A stretch of 64,000 bases of DNA from Chrysomallon squamiferum (lineage: Eukaryota; Animalia; Mollusca): contig CM022666.1 in NCBI GenBank assembly GCA_012295275.1, forward strand, positions 11,780,001 to 11,844,000. Direction: 5' to 3'. The stretch's first letter is position 1. The number at the start of each line of letters is the position of its first letter. The translations under genes and the position numbers were made by a program. Under the pieces are notes generated by a model, which was not told the origin of the DNA, searched no databases, and worked only from the letters and a program-made list of their open reading frames with translations. Of the stretch, positions 52,754 to 64,000 are shown in pieces.

Positions 52754-54281
52754 CACACAATGTTTTGCGCTATAAACGTATATAAGATACATATAAAGAT
52801 TCTAAACAAATCACATAATACACAAAAACATATTTATAAATAGATACATAAATGTGCACAACATATTCATAAATACATACATTACATTCACAGACACACA
52901 CACAATATTGACTGGGGACAGGCAAGTCTGTACAGAGTTATTTGTGATAACAGCTGTAAGAAACAATGTCAGACAGACAAACAAAATGGCAACTAATCAA
53001 TTAACACACATATTTTCTAGTAGGTATTAACACATGCAACAACTCCGGTAACAACATACAGATATAAAGAAATGTGGGTTTTTTTATTCTCAGCACATTT
53101 CATTTAAACTTAAATTGACATTAAACAACACTTTACACAATTGAGGTTTTCAGCACAGGTGTGCATTGCTGATCACAGCTAAACTGTTTCCCTGATACTC
53201 AGCCAGTTTTTGACCAGACATTCGCCTAGGAAGGGGAATATGATATATACTTTACTGTTAAGAATAGTCCAAGCACTGGCAGTAGTGACTTTCCTCTCTT
53301 AGATTTTCATTACAATACAACTGTTTATTATTTATTCTCTCTCAACTCAAAACAACTCTTACCTAGACTCAGGAAACTTTGCAGACAGAAAATTTGCATA
53401 ATGATAAACTGGAAAAGAGAAAGAAATGATGATTTAAAAACATGGACTGATAAAGAAACATGAGATATGCTAGACAGAGTATTAGTGTATGTAGCAGTAA
53501 CAAGAAAATGTTTCAGTTAAAAAGTATGATGATGTGATGTCTGTTACACTTCTGTTTGCAGGTTTATTTCCCACTGTGAAAGATTTTTCTACAAAATGGA
53601 ACAAATCAATTTTCACTGCCATTTTGGAGTCCTGGTCACTCTGCCTCTGGCAAAGTAAGACTTAAGGAAAGTGACAGCAACGTGGCAGTGTGATAACAGT
53701 CTCAATTACGCTAACACTTTTTTTATAAACTGCCATTTATAACTTAATCCTGTCATAGTCGTAAAGTCCACAATCACTACAAGGTGACATTCAACATATA
53801 AGATTTGACTGCAGGTACAGAACTGGCTAGTTTTAAAAAAACAAAGTACTTTTAAACTGGGTGCACTGTAATTTGCCATTCAGCCACATTTTTATGATTT
53901 CATAGCCTTTGATGTACAGATCCTCTCTCACAGTCAGTGATTATTACATACCTGTACAGGTGTACTGAGTTACTGTTAAATAGGTGTATGTTCTTTATTT
54001 TTCTTCATTTGATTTTTATCCGATATTGCAAAACTTTTGGATGTATTAATTTATGCTTGTATCTTTTAAATAGAATTATGTTCTTTACTTTTCTTCATTC
54101 TATATATTATAGGTAGTACAGGTATTAACAAAGATCAAATAAATCCTGCTTAAAGAATTTATTCATTTGTATCTGTTAAATATTGTTTCATAATAAATAA
54201 TTAGAGTAATAATAACAACAACAACAACAAAAATAAATATATCATAAAAAAATTAAAAAACAAACAAATAAAATTATATAT

Positions 54282-54365
<84 letters not shown>

Positions 54366-54666
54366 TGTGTGTGTTTTCATCAAAAAACACCTGTCAGTGA
54401 ATTTGGACTCAGTTTGTTAAACACATTTGTTTTTATTATCGGTACATTTTCTCACCTATTTTGCTGAGGCCTGCTAGCAGTAAAATGATGGTGTAGACCA
54501 GAGGTGACTTCACGGTGTGGTAGTCAAAACCAGCTACATGAATACTCTCCTGTGACTTGACACTCACTTCTGTTGTAGTGTTGTTTGTAGGTGCCTCTTC
54601 AGTGGCAACAACAACACTCAGAATGAAAATGAAGCAAATCTCTACATACTTGTAAATCACCATCAT
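38067..54666 (-). CDS. Sodium/hydrogen exchanger, SLC9A plasma-membrane type (NHE2/NHE3-like), about 783 aa, 22 coding exons
   Basis: Minus-strand, phase-consistent exons: 54666-54456, 53408-53363, 52390-52349, 52005-51934, 51617-51536, 50991-50964, 50582-50467, 50000-49925, 49578-49508, 48286-48175, 46564-46483, 46117-46022, 45481-45360, 42371-42289, 41473-41345, 41160-41071, 40651-40586, 40226-40120, 39816-39757, 39271-39180, 38938-38859, 38555-38067. Motifs: signal peptide, FFLFLLPPIVLEAAY, AVDPVAVLAVF, FGESLLNDGVTVVLY, AYGGLRGAVCFSL, IQGVTIKPLV, HLMAGIEDIIG. Confidence 0.95.
42640..45365. repeat. 30-bp minisatellite (roughly 85-90 copies) filling NHE intron 13
   Basis: Unit gacttactgatgtagatttagtgaagaaca, with 27-bp variants. 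A block of about 300 bp near 43150-43430 recurs near 43865-44140 as a higher-order repeat. Confidence 0.97.
46588..47770. repeat. About 46-48-bp minisatellite (about 25 copies) in NHE intron 10
   Basis: Unit aatagtgaaataaactctactcttttgtttaataaacacacagcatct. Confidence 0.97.
48430..49225. repeat. About 24-bp minisatellite with 47-bp dimeric higher-order units in NHE intron 9
   Basis: Unit aactgacagggaataacctagttt; the distal part alternates with gcctggtgtaacaac variants. Confidence 0.95.
50203..50400. repeat. About 28-bp degenerate minisatellite (about 7 copies) in NHE intron 7
   Basis: Repeated tcagtgagaaattcatgtattttgtcat. Confidence 0.85.
52435..52530. repeat. (CT)n(CA)n microsatellite
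   Basis: Visible directly in the sequence. Confidence 0.9.
54285..54374. repeat. (GA)n(GT)n microsatellite
   Basis: Visible directly in the sequence. Confidence 0.95.
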
Positions 54667-55359
54667 GATGTACTGGGTTTTAAATGTGATCCTTTCAAAA
54701 CGTCACACTTTGAAATAGTTCAGTAACACTTATTTATTTATCCTCAGTATCAACATGACTGAAAATTAAAATAAGTTATTTAATAAATAAAAATAAAAAT
54801 TGAAAATGAAGAATGTAAAATTAAATGAAATAAAATGAATAAATAAAAAAATAAATAAATAAATAAATAAATAAAATAAAATACATAAATAAATAGATAA
54901 ATAATATGTAAAACTAAAATCGTAAAAAATACACTATAATCAATATTAAATAAAGTAATGAAAACTTGAAAATAAATTAATAAAAAATGAATAAATAAAA
55001 TCGTAATAAATACATCGTAATAAATATCAAATAAAGTAATGAAAACTTGAATTTTTTTTAAATAATAATATGTAAATATTAATGATACAAAGAAAAAAAT
55101 ATGTTAACTGATTTGAAAGCTATTTCCTTCTTGCAAGCATAAATTTAAAAACACATCAATATTTGTTTTGCACTGGCTGGAAACGCATCAATAATTGTTG
55201 AAGCTTATAATACATAATCTATACAAGTAAAACTAATCAATCCGATATTTATATTTTCACTGATATATAAATACATGTATGTGATATTTATACTGATACC
55301 ATTTAGAAATTTAATTTTGACAAATAAACAGTATTATACAAATAGAAAAATATATACTG

Positions 55360-55560
55360 ACCATCCACTTAAATAATACACTCGTGAAGCCAACCCAGAT
55401 GTTTTGTTAGATCGATGACCTTGTTTACAAGGCAGATAACTCAACGCTTGGCACTCTCTGCACTCGGCGTAAATGTACCGCGAACGAAAAAAATAAAAAA
55501 ATTACCGAACGAGTTTTGAGAGATGCAACGCGATATGAGTTAATTAGATATTCCAAAATG
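55360..55560 (-). promoter_or_regulatory. Candidate non-coding first exon and promoter of the NHE gene
   Basis: Local CpG enrichment, a minus-strand donor ATG|GTCAGT near 55361, and an acceptor TTTTCAG at 54759 upstream of the start codon. Confidence 0.4.
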
Positions 55561-56030
55561 ATAAACTGATTTACTAAACTGAACAATGAACGTTTGCATA
55601 ATAAAAGAAACCGAATACGATGTGTTGCAAATTTGAAATTAGATATACATTATGTTAAGAAGAAGGCTTTACTATCATGTATTTATTTTCATATTTCTGT
55701 CTAGACGGCTTATGTAGAATAAAATTTATTTCCATCAGTCCTTTCTCATTTGCATTTAATTCCTTATTCCGATAACTGCCCTATTAAAAAAAAAAAAAAA
55801 AAAAAAAAAACCAAACCGGATTTCTTTATAGGAGCCAATGAGAAAATACTAACAACCTTCAATTTGCATAATTCTAACAAATACTAAATTATTCTTTCGT
55901 TTTTTTAACGAATTAGGAAGAAACACAATTAATAATTTTGTATTTGTTTAAAATTTTATATAATACAGTATACAAAATTTTAATGTTTTTGTCACATTAA
56001 TATCAAAAAGGAATTGGAAGGATTATTTTG

Positions 56031-56132
<102 letters not shown>

Positions 56133-56542
56133 ACGTTCTAGTGAAAATTATAATCCATAGAAACGTCTACTGATACAAAGAGAACATTATCTCACTTTGA
56201 TTTAGAAGCACCAGTAGCAAATTAATTTAACTTGCTTAGAGACCATACCAAAATTTAGCTGATTTGCCGTTTTTTTTTTTTTTCTTTTCACGTAAAAGAT
56301 TATTTGTTCTAAATTTATCTTAATGATAATTAATTAAAATATTTTTAACTGTATCTTTTTATATTAAAGAAATATAAAAAAATATAAAAAATAAAATGTT
56401 GGTATGTGTGGAAAATTTACAAATTTAAAAATGTGTTCCAAAAATCGGAGAAATAATTTTAAAACAACGTTTTTTGTTTTGTTTTTAAAAAGAATTCATT
56501 TAATTAAATAGTAAAAGTCTAATATTATTAATAATAATAATA

Positions 56543-56543
<1 letters not shown>

Positions 56544-56605
<62 letters not shown>
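56544..56605. repeat. (TTA)n microsatellite
   Basis: Visible directly in the sequence. Confidence 0.95.
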
Positions 56606-57748
56606 TTTTTACGAATGATCAGAATATTATGGTAAATAATTAAATAAACGATTATGATAAACTTGATAAAAATCAAAACTGGAAAAACGACAATTGAGTG
56701 TGTATTTTACTTTTAAAGCACTTTTCTTCCAGATTTCATTTTCTCTCTGAACAAGTATTCAGAAGCGTGGATAAAATATCAGATAATAAAATAATGTTAA
56801 ATTATCATAATCATCATCAATAACAATAACAAAAATATAGTAACTTGGATAAATATATAAATAAGTAAGTAAGTAGTAGTAGTAGTGATGCTAGTACTAA
56901 TAGTAACGGAGGTATTAGTATCAGACACAACAGTAGTAGTAGCAGCAGTGGTAATAGTAGCGGTAGTATAGTAGTGATAACAGTAGAAGTAGTACCAGAT
57001 TATGTGATAGCAGTGGAAGTGGTACTAGTAGTAATATAAATGTAAAAAAAAAGGTTATTACTCTTTCTGACCTGATTTTGTTATTCCGAAATATAAATTG
57101 AAGTTGAGTATTGTAATTCCAAGTCCTTTATACTGAAAGCTTTTCTGTGGCTTCAGTCGTCCATGAAAAGTTTGAGTTATGTCAATAAAGAATGTATGAG
57201 GGGGGTAAAAAAAAGAAAGGCACGCACACTCAAACACAACACACACAACACAAACCCCGAATGTAGGCGGGGTTTGTTGGGACTCCACGTAGTTACAATG
57301 TCAGCTCACTCACTAATCTGGTGAACTATCAAACTAGTTTCTTTTCTCAAATATTGTTTATTTTATTTAACATATTTTTTTATTTATTTTTATTTCTCTC
57401 TAAGTTTTACATCATTTATTTATTTATTTATTTATTTATTTAAAACTTAATTTTGACGAACTGGGAGGAAACAAGCCGGTAGTGACTAATGGCTGTCTGG
57501 CGTCATGCGTACGATCGCGTGGCTACGTCATGTTTATATTTAGTTCTAAACGTTTTTCTTTCAGCGTTTCGTTACATGATTTAATCTGGTTGAGCAAAAG
57601 CAAAATGACATTAATGAGTAATTATTTTATATAAGATGTAAAATTTATAAACCTATATGAAATTTACATTATACATGTATATAATAACATTATCCTATAT
57701 TTCGTTCAGTTTCCCTTAAAACTATCATTCTCTGGTATTGTAAAGAAA

Positions 57749-57749
<1 letters not shown>

Positions 57750-57831
<82 letters not shown>
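57750..57831. repeat. (GC)n(AC)n(TA)n compound microsatellite
   Basis: Visible directly in the sequence. Confidence 0.95.
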
Positions 57832-57833
<2 letters not shown>

Positions 57834-58091
57834 CTTCTTAACGAAATAATTTGATGTGTGTATGTTGCATGAAATACCAGATTGGACAAAACGTGCAGAA
57901 AATAGGTGACTCGGTCCTGAGAATGATGATTATTGCACTTTTGTATTTCGTTTAAACATACACCATTTGGATGCAAATCAGATGCGAGAAACAGAGTTTA
58001 ATCGTTCAGTTAATATTGGAAGATGATCACATGGGTTTGTGCAAAATACACTTATATAAACAACTTGCAAAAATCAGAAAATAAGAAATAC

Positions 58092-58662
58092 AATCAGTTT
58101 ATTCAAAATGATCACTACAACGTCATCATTAATATAAGTTCACATACTGACAAAAATATGACAATCAACAAAGTCAGCAGGAAGCAAGTAACCTAAAACA
58201 TGATGTCACCTCTTTCCAGAATAAGGACCAACAGACATACCTAGGGTCACATCTGATAAGAGTCAGACTGGAAACCACAAAGCTCAAAGAAAACTTGCCA
58301 TAATGAGGTAATTAGCTGGCACCTAGGGGGTGTGTGCAGACCACAGCCTTCTGAAAAGAGTCTAACAAGGAGCAATCAGACCACATCTTGAGTATTGATC
58401 CAGTCACTTCAACACAAACTGACAGGGTTAAAAACTAAGCATTCATGATGATAACTGAAGCAATGAGAAACTGAAAGAGATAGCTGGTATGGTACCCAGC
58501 TGTTAAACCCACTCACGGGAGACTTGTGGAGGATGGGAATCTTATTCCTTACTGTACAAGGTCCAAAGAACATGATCTCTGAACTCTCTCTTTACTTTTG
58601 TCTGTATGTGACGTTATATTAATGATGATGGTGTATTGATCATTTTGAAAAAAAACCTGATT
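58092..58662. repeat. About 65-bp inverted repeat pair (58092-58155 and 58596-58662)
   Basis: Left arm tcaaaatgatcactacaacgtcatcattaatataagttcacatactgacaaaa versus reverse complement of the right arm tcaaaatgatcaatacaccatcatcattaatataacgtcacatacagacaaaa. Confidence 0.9.
58225..58475 (+). mobile_element. Degraded non-LTR retrotransposon (LINE) reverse transcriptase C-terminal fragment
   Basis: Broken frames read TYLG.TSDKSQT, KAQRKLAIMR*LAGT*G, LLKRV*QGAIRPHLEY and DRVKN*AFMMITEAMR. These resemble the YLGVTFD..LTW / RKLAGTTWGA / VRPHLEYG / QNQALRIITGAM pattern recalled for I/Nimb/Ingi-like LINEs. Confidence 0.75.
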
Positions 58663-58699
58663 ATTTTTTTTTTGATTTTTTTGTTTTGTTTTAACTGAA

Positions 58700-59240
58700 T
58701 TTAATATTCAGAAATATTTGTTCACACAGTTTCATTGTCAAGCTTGCTGCATATGAATACAGAAAACTCATTCATCTGCATCCTCTTTTTTGTTGTTGTT
58801 TTTTCATCTGAATTGTTCTGATGTGAATCTCACTTTGCTTGGCATAGGTCTTTACTAAAAGTTCAGCAGATTTCTTACCTATGAATATATTTTCATCCTC
58901 CATTACAGTGATCCTCTGTCCATTGGATTCAACCTCATTTAGCTGTTTTGTAAGTTTCCATAGTTTGGTTTTATTATTTGGGCTTCAACAGCTTTGGTTA
59001 ACTCATTCATGCTGTGCTTGAAAAGTTCCTATTTGACTTTCATGGTTGGAACAGCTGGTCAGTGGTCACTTTCCCCTAGCTGTGGTCCTGTTTCTTGTCT
59101 TGTGACTCTATGGACATTATCAGTGAAGAAGGCAAAGTCATTTGGACAATGTAAAGCTGAGACGTCTTGTTTTGATCTTGTCCTCATCTTCATCCATAAA
59201 TCTATTAGTTTCAATGGTATTAATGTTATTCCTAACCAGT
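58700..59240 (-). mobile_element. Degraded LINE AP-endonuclease and linker fragment
   Basis: Minus-strand frames read LVRNNINTIETNRFMDE, DFAFFTDNVHRVTRQETGPQLGESDH*P (the APE SDH motif) and KLWKLTKQLNEVESNGQRITVMEDENIFIGKKSAELLVKTY. Confidence 0.75.
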
Positions 59241-62052
59241 TCTAAAATCAGAACAAACCAAAAACAAACAAAACTAAACCCTGATGTTTAGATAAAAAGA
59301 AAACAAACATAGCATAGTATTAACATAATAAATGAACTATTAACCAAATGTAAAAATGTTTACCTTCACTAACAATTATCTGAGACCTTTTAATGTCAGT
59401 GGATTGTCTTGCTTTCTGAGAATATTCCCACTAAACCCTAGTCTTTCATTTTCTCTTCTTGTTATTGTTTGTTTAGTTGTTTTTTTGTTTTTTCACCTTC
59501 TAATAATATTTTTCAGAGCTGTATACACTGTTTACACAGTTTTGCCCTTGATAAACTTTAGGCTTTCCCTTGTTGTCTTGTTCACTTGAAGGTTTATTTA
59601 ATTTGCTTTGTTTTAATTTTGATTCTGTATTTTGGTCATCAACATATTTACATTATCTGAAAATAAACTATTTCTCACAACCTGAATACAAAAAGGTTTC
59701 CTTTAAAATATATCAGCAACAGATTAATTATTTATATTGATATTTACATTTTGCTAGAAATTAAGCTAAAATTATTTTTAAAAAGCTTTTAACAATCACT
59801 ATATGCTGAAATCACAGATTAAAATCTTTGAAAATTCTCCCAGACTAGAAGTTTCACATCTACACTTAAAGAGAGATTTATCCTGATAAATGTAATTGGG
59901 GTAATCTTGTAATCTGGTTCATATTTTTTTTAAAAAAAAAAAAGAAATCATTTTATGTTGTTGGGCATTTTTGTTTGTGTATGAGAGAGAGACAGACAGA
60001 CAAAGAGAGCATTAAATATATTTCCGTTATTTATTATAAATTAAAATTGTACTTCATGTGACCTTTGTTTACTAAAGGTCACTAAGGATTGGGTTATATA
60101 AGCTGACAATAATCCAAATTATTCATTAAGCAAAACAATGGGTGTAGAAATGTACATGTTTTAAGTTACACATACTCTTTGTTTTGTTTTTTTGGTCTTC
60201 GAGATTAAATTACACATACTGTGAGGTTTCAATGTATACAAAATTATCACATGTTGTAAGTGAAAAAAAATGGAGTTGAGGTTTAATTGTGTCATTGAAA
60301 AAAAACCAGTCACCCATGTTTCACATCCACTTCAGTTTTCTGTTACAACTTCTCACTGCTGAAACATTCTGCTTGGATCTGGATTTAACCATTGAATGTT
60401 GTGGAGGCAGTGAATGCTACAAGCATGATTGGTTTATGAGGATAATAAATGCAATTTGGAAAATCAGGAATGGAGTTTCCACAAATCAGAACTGTCTTTC
60501 TATGAACATTTGTGTGTTTATTGGTGTGTGTGTATGTGACTTTCTTTGAATGCCCTTGTATATTTGTGTTATACATGTTTTTGTTGTTTTTTGTTGTTTT
60601 TTTCATGTTTGTGCAGGTTTATGCATGTGTATTTGTATTTATAACAAAAGTGAAGGTAACAGCTTCTGTATACATAACACCGAGCAGTTAGTAAGAAATC
60701 TTGTATAAATCATAAAATAACAAAATATTCCAAATGACATTTAGGTTGCTACAGTTTGGTGTCAATTTACTCAGTCTGTCACAGATATTTGATGTTGCTG
60801 TTTACTTATTTACTTACAAAAAACTGAAAAATGTCTTCATCTCTTACATCAAACAATCAATAACTTATTTTATTAATTGTTTCTTTTTTGTTGTTGTTTT
60901 TAGAAAAAAATTATTGCTAGCATTAAAACAAAAATGCCTTTTTATTATATGTACTTAGCACATAGGACATATATTGTTTACTTTATATTTATGCAAATAA
61001 TATTTTTTTGTAACATGATATTAAGTGTTTTTTAGTTTTAAAATAACAACAAAACATCTGAGATTCTAATGAGGTATAAAACAAGGTAGATTAATAAGGA
61101 AAAATCTAGGTATGTTTGTCGTCAGTATAAAAGTGTAAACAATTATCTTGTATAATCACTGAAGTAAATCGTAGATAGGTGACACAGAATTTATGGAATA
61201 AGTTATTTTCTTTTTCTTCTTCTATTACTTATCACTGTGTTATTCTGGTTTTGTTTGCTGTTTTATCACAACCCCAAATGTGTCTCAGAACATCATATTT
61301 ATTTTTCAGCAATTAATAATAAATTAAAAACAATTTTAATTTTTATCAGTTTTCTTTTGGTTTTCTTTCATCATGATATTAAAGCATATTCTTGAATATT
61401 TTGTTTCATTTTTTAAATTAAATCTTTGAGGGTAAATTGAATATAAGAGCTGTGATTCTGCTAGTGTCCATTCCTGGAAAAGATGATACATATAAAATAA
61501 TTTAAAATTACAAACAACAAATCATCAGAATAAAATATTTTGTTTAGTGGGTTGTTTATGCTTACTGCATTTTCTGATGGTTTCTTACATATCAGAATTA
61601 TGTAATTTTCCAATAAAATAATTTACAATGTGTATATATATATAAAAAAACCAACCAAGTATGGTTATTCATTGAGGAAAATTAAAAAAAAAAAAAGAAT
61701 TAAGATTTAGCTTCTTTGATATGCAGTGGAGTGTAGTTCAAAGTTGATTTTCAAATAAAAGTGCTTGTCAAAATTTATTCACAAGAAAATTCTTAAAGAT
61801 ATTTAGAAGCTGCCTTTGGCATTGATTGTATTAACTCAAAGGTTATGTATTGTATTGGTAGTAGTGTTCAAATTATATTTTACTGCAATAATTTTATACA
61901 TTTTTGATAAACATTTACAGATCGTTTCAGACTCCACCAACCTAACACATCATCCACCCCTGCCTTTCCCTGCTAGTGAAAATATCTCCTCTAGCTCTTC
62001 AGTTATACAGTTCAACAATTCTATTATTTTATTTATTTATTTATTTTTTATT

Positions 62053-62083
<31 letters not shown>

Positions 62084-64000
62084 TTTTTATTATTATTATT
62101 ATTATCATCATTATTCCATTGTTTCCATTGCATCCTTGAATGAATTTAATATCCATCCTTAGTTTTATAAAAGTAATTTCATTTTCAAATCATGCATTCA
62201 GTTTTAAATTTTTTATTTATTTATTTACATTTTTTAATTATTTTTTTAATTATTTTAAAGAAAACTAATTTGCCTTTCTAACAGTAACAGTAAGAAAAAA
62301 AAAGGAGCTGAGCTTTTTATATTCTTTTTAAAACAAAAAGTGTTAGATATCTGAAATTTATTGTTTAACTGCCATATATACTTACTGTTTTAGCTTGTTC
62401 ACATATTAACTGTTGTAACATATTTGATCTGTAAAATTTGTTTTGATGTGTTATTTATTAATTCAGCCATTCTGTGTTGCCTAAGAACATATAATTAAAA
62501 ATAATTTATCATTTAGATGTTGCTATTATTCAGTTTGATAGCATAATTGTTAAGTCGCCTAGAAAATTCAGTTAATCAAAAATTCAAGTTAATGATTAGC
62601 ATGAAAGAGAACAGAAGCTGCTATGATATTTTTGTTATTTTAATGCATTTTACTTTCAAGTTCTTCTAAATGTATCGAAACACATCAGTCTGAAAAATAT
62701 TTAAAAATTAATTTAAATATATTTTTTTCTAAACTTTCATAGTTATTTTATTTACTTCTACACATTTCTTATTCCATTGAATAGTGGATAAAATTTGCTT
62801 TAGATGCTGCCCAGTGATAAGTACATAACATCCCTAGATGAAGAACAATGGGTGTGAAACCAAAGCCATTGCCCAGACTGTCATCACAAATCACAGAGAA
62901 TGTAGGCCTCATTCATAACATTCCTCCTGTTTCTTGACCTTGTTCACCTATCCATTGGTTGATGTGTATAGATAACTGTCATCCTGTATAGAAATATTTT
63001 CCCTATTTAATTTTTTTATATTTTTTTTTTTTTTTTTTTTATTATTGTTATGGGTTTTAGTAACCATCAACAAAACAGAATCTGTTTCAAACTTTTAACA
63101 AAATAAAACAAATTATTTCATAAAAATATTCTGATTTTCTTTATTGTTTATTTGTTTATTAAATATGATTAATCACAGTAGATTAACTTTTCATTTATTT
63201 TAAGGTGTTGTGTTAGACAGATGACAAACTGACAGGCATGACCTTCAAGTCACTTTTACTGATACTAATATTGTGCTGTTTATGTTGCATCTATTTCTTG
63301 TGAGCTATAGGCACAAATGCAGAGCTGACAAATGTCCACAGAGGTTTTACTTTTCATTTGCTTTAATACTAATCTACAGCATCAGAACAGACATAGTGAC
63401 AAACTGACAGATGTCATCTCATGGAGTGTCATTTTATCTTCTTAGAGATTTTATAAATAATTTCATTTCCTCTGAATACTATGCTTAATACTGAATATTT
63501 CAGATCCTTTCTTCATTATGACTAAGGGTATCTGTTGGTCTGAAACAATTTTTTCATTTATTTCATGAGCATATAGTATTATAACACACACATTGTTAAT
63601 AACATTCGCTGGTAACAGCAATGACTTGACTTGGTAAATTGCTGTTAATGAGTGGGCATGAAGGTCAGAATGGTTGCAGTTTTGCTGTGGTCGCATTGTT
63701 GTTGTTGGAATGGTGTAGATGAAATCACATTTTATCTGATGACTTGTGGGGTTGATCCTTCACTAATGGGAATTGTTTGGGCAGTGATGTTGGTAGCCAG
63801 ACATTCATTCATCTGCTGAGTGATGCCTTTCCAGTCTTAGGTGGACGTAAAAGTGGAACATCAATGGTATTTCTTGCTGGTGATGTCAACAAATGACAAA
63901 AACTGTTGAGTTTCAATAAAAGTTTTTTTAAAAATCATCCTTTTTTTAAATCATTTTTACACAATTTAATTAAAATAGTAACCTTATTAGACAATTTTTA

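Noticed and set aside
55590-55870. Cluster of octamer-like ATTTGCAT motifs upstream of NHE
   Set aside because: The motif is AT-rich and expected by chance at this composition; there is no independent support.
59380-59640. Possible RTE-like retrotransposon C-terminal remnant on the minus strand (RLGFSGNILRKQDNP)
   Set aside because: It is a single short motif, too weak to call without a profile search.
62800-63900. Higher-complexity patches that might be exons or retroelement remnants
   Set aside because: I found no sustained open frame, consistent splice chain or recognisable motif.

Overview
AT-rich, intron-rich animal genomic DNA with no prokaryotic features. The gene and repeat content suggests a lophotrochozoan, probably a mollusc (inference). 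Four spliced protein-coding genes were rebuilt by hand from GT-AG sites and intron phases. (1) An IWS1/SPN1 elongation factor on + (1067-8627; 5' end outside the window) carries three reading-frame lesions. (2) An RB1-type retinoblastoma gene on + (12916-24071) has 27 coding exons, about 897 aa, and is intact. (3) A three-exon NLR-like gene on + (27159-32465) encodes a disordered N-terminus, an nSTAND3-like NTPase and ankyrin repeats, with one frameshift. (4) A plasma-membrane-type Na+/H+ exchanger on - (54666-38067) has 22 coding exons, about 783 aa, and ends in DTRL. Its introns hold large minisatellites that copy or abut its own splice sites. Also present: an Academ-like transposon relic, a fragmented LINE whose RT piece lies inverted between inverted repeats, a hairpin/triplication structure, candidate promoter motifs and many microsatellites. 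Family calls rest on recalled motifs; no searches were run.
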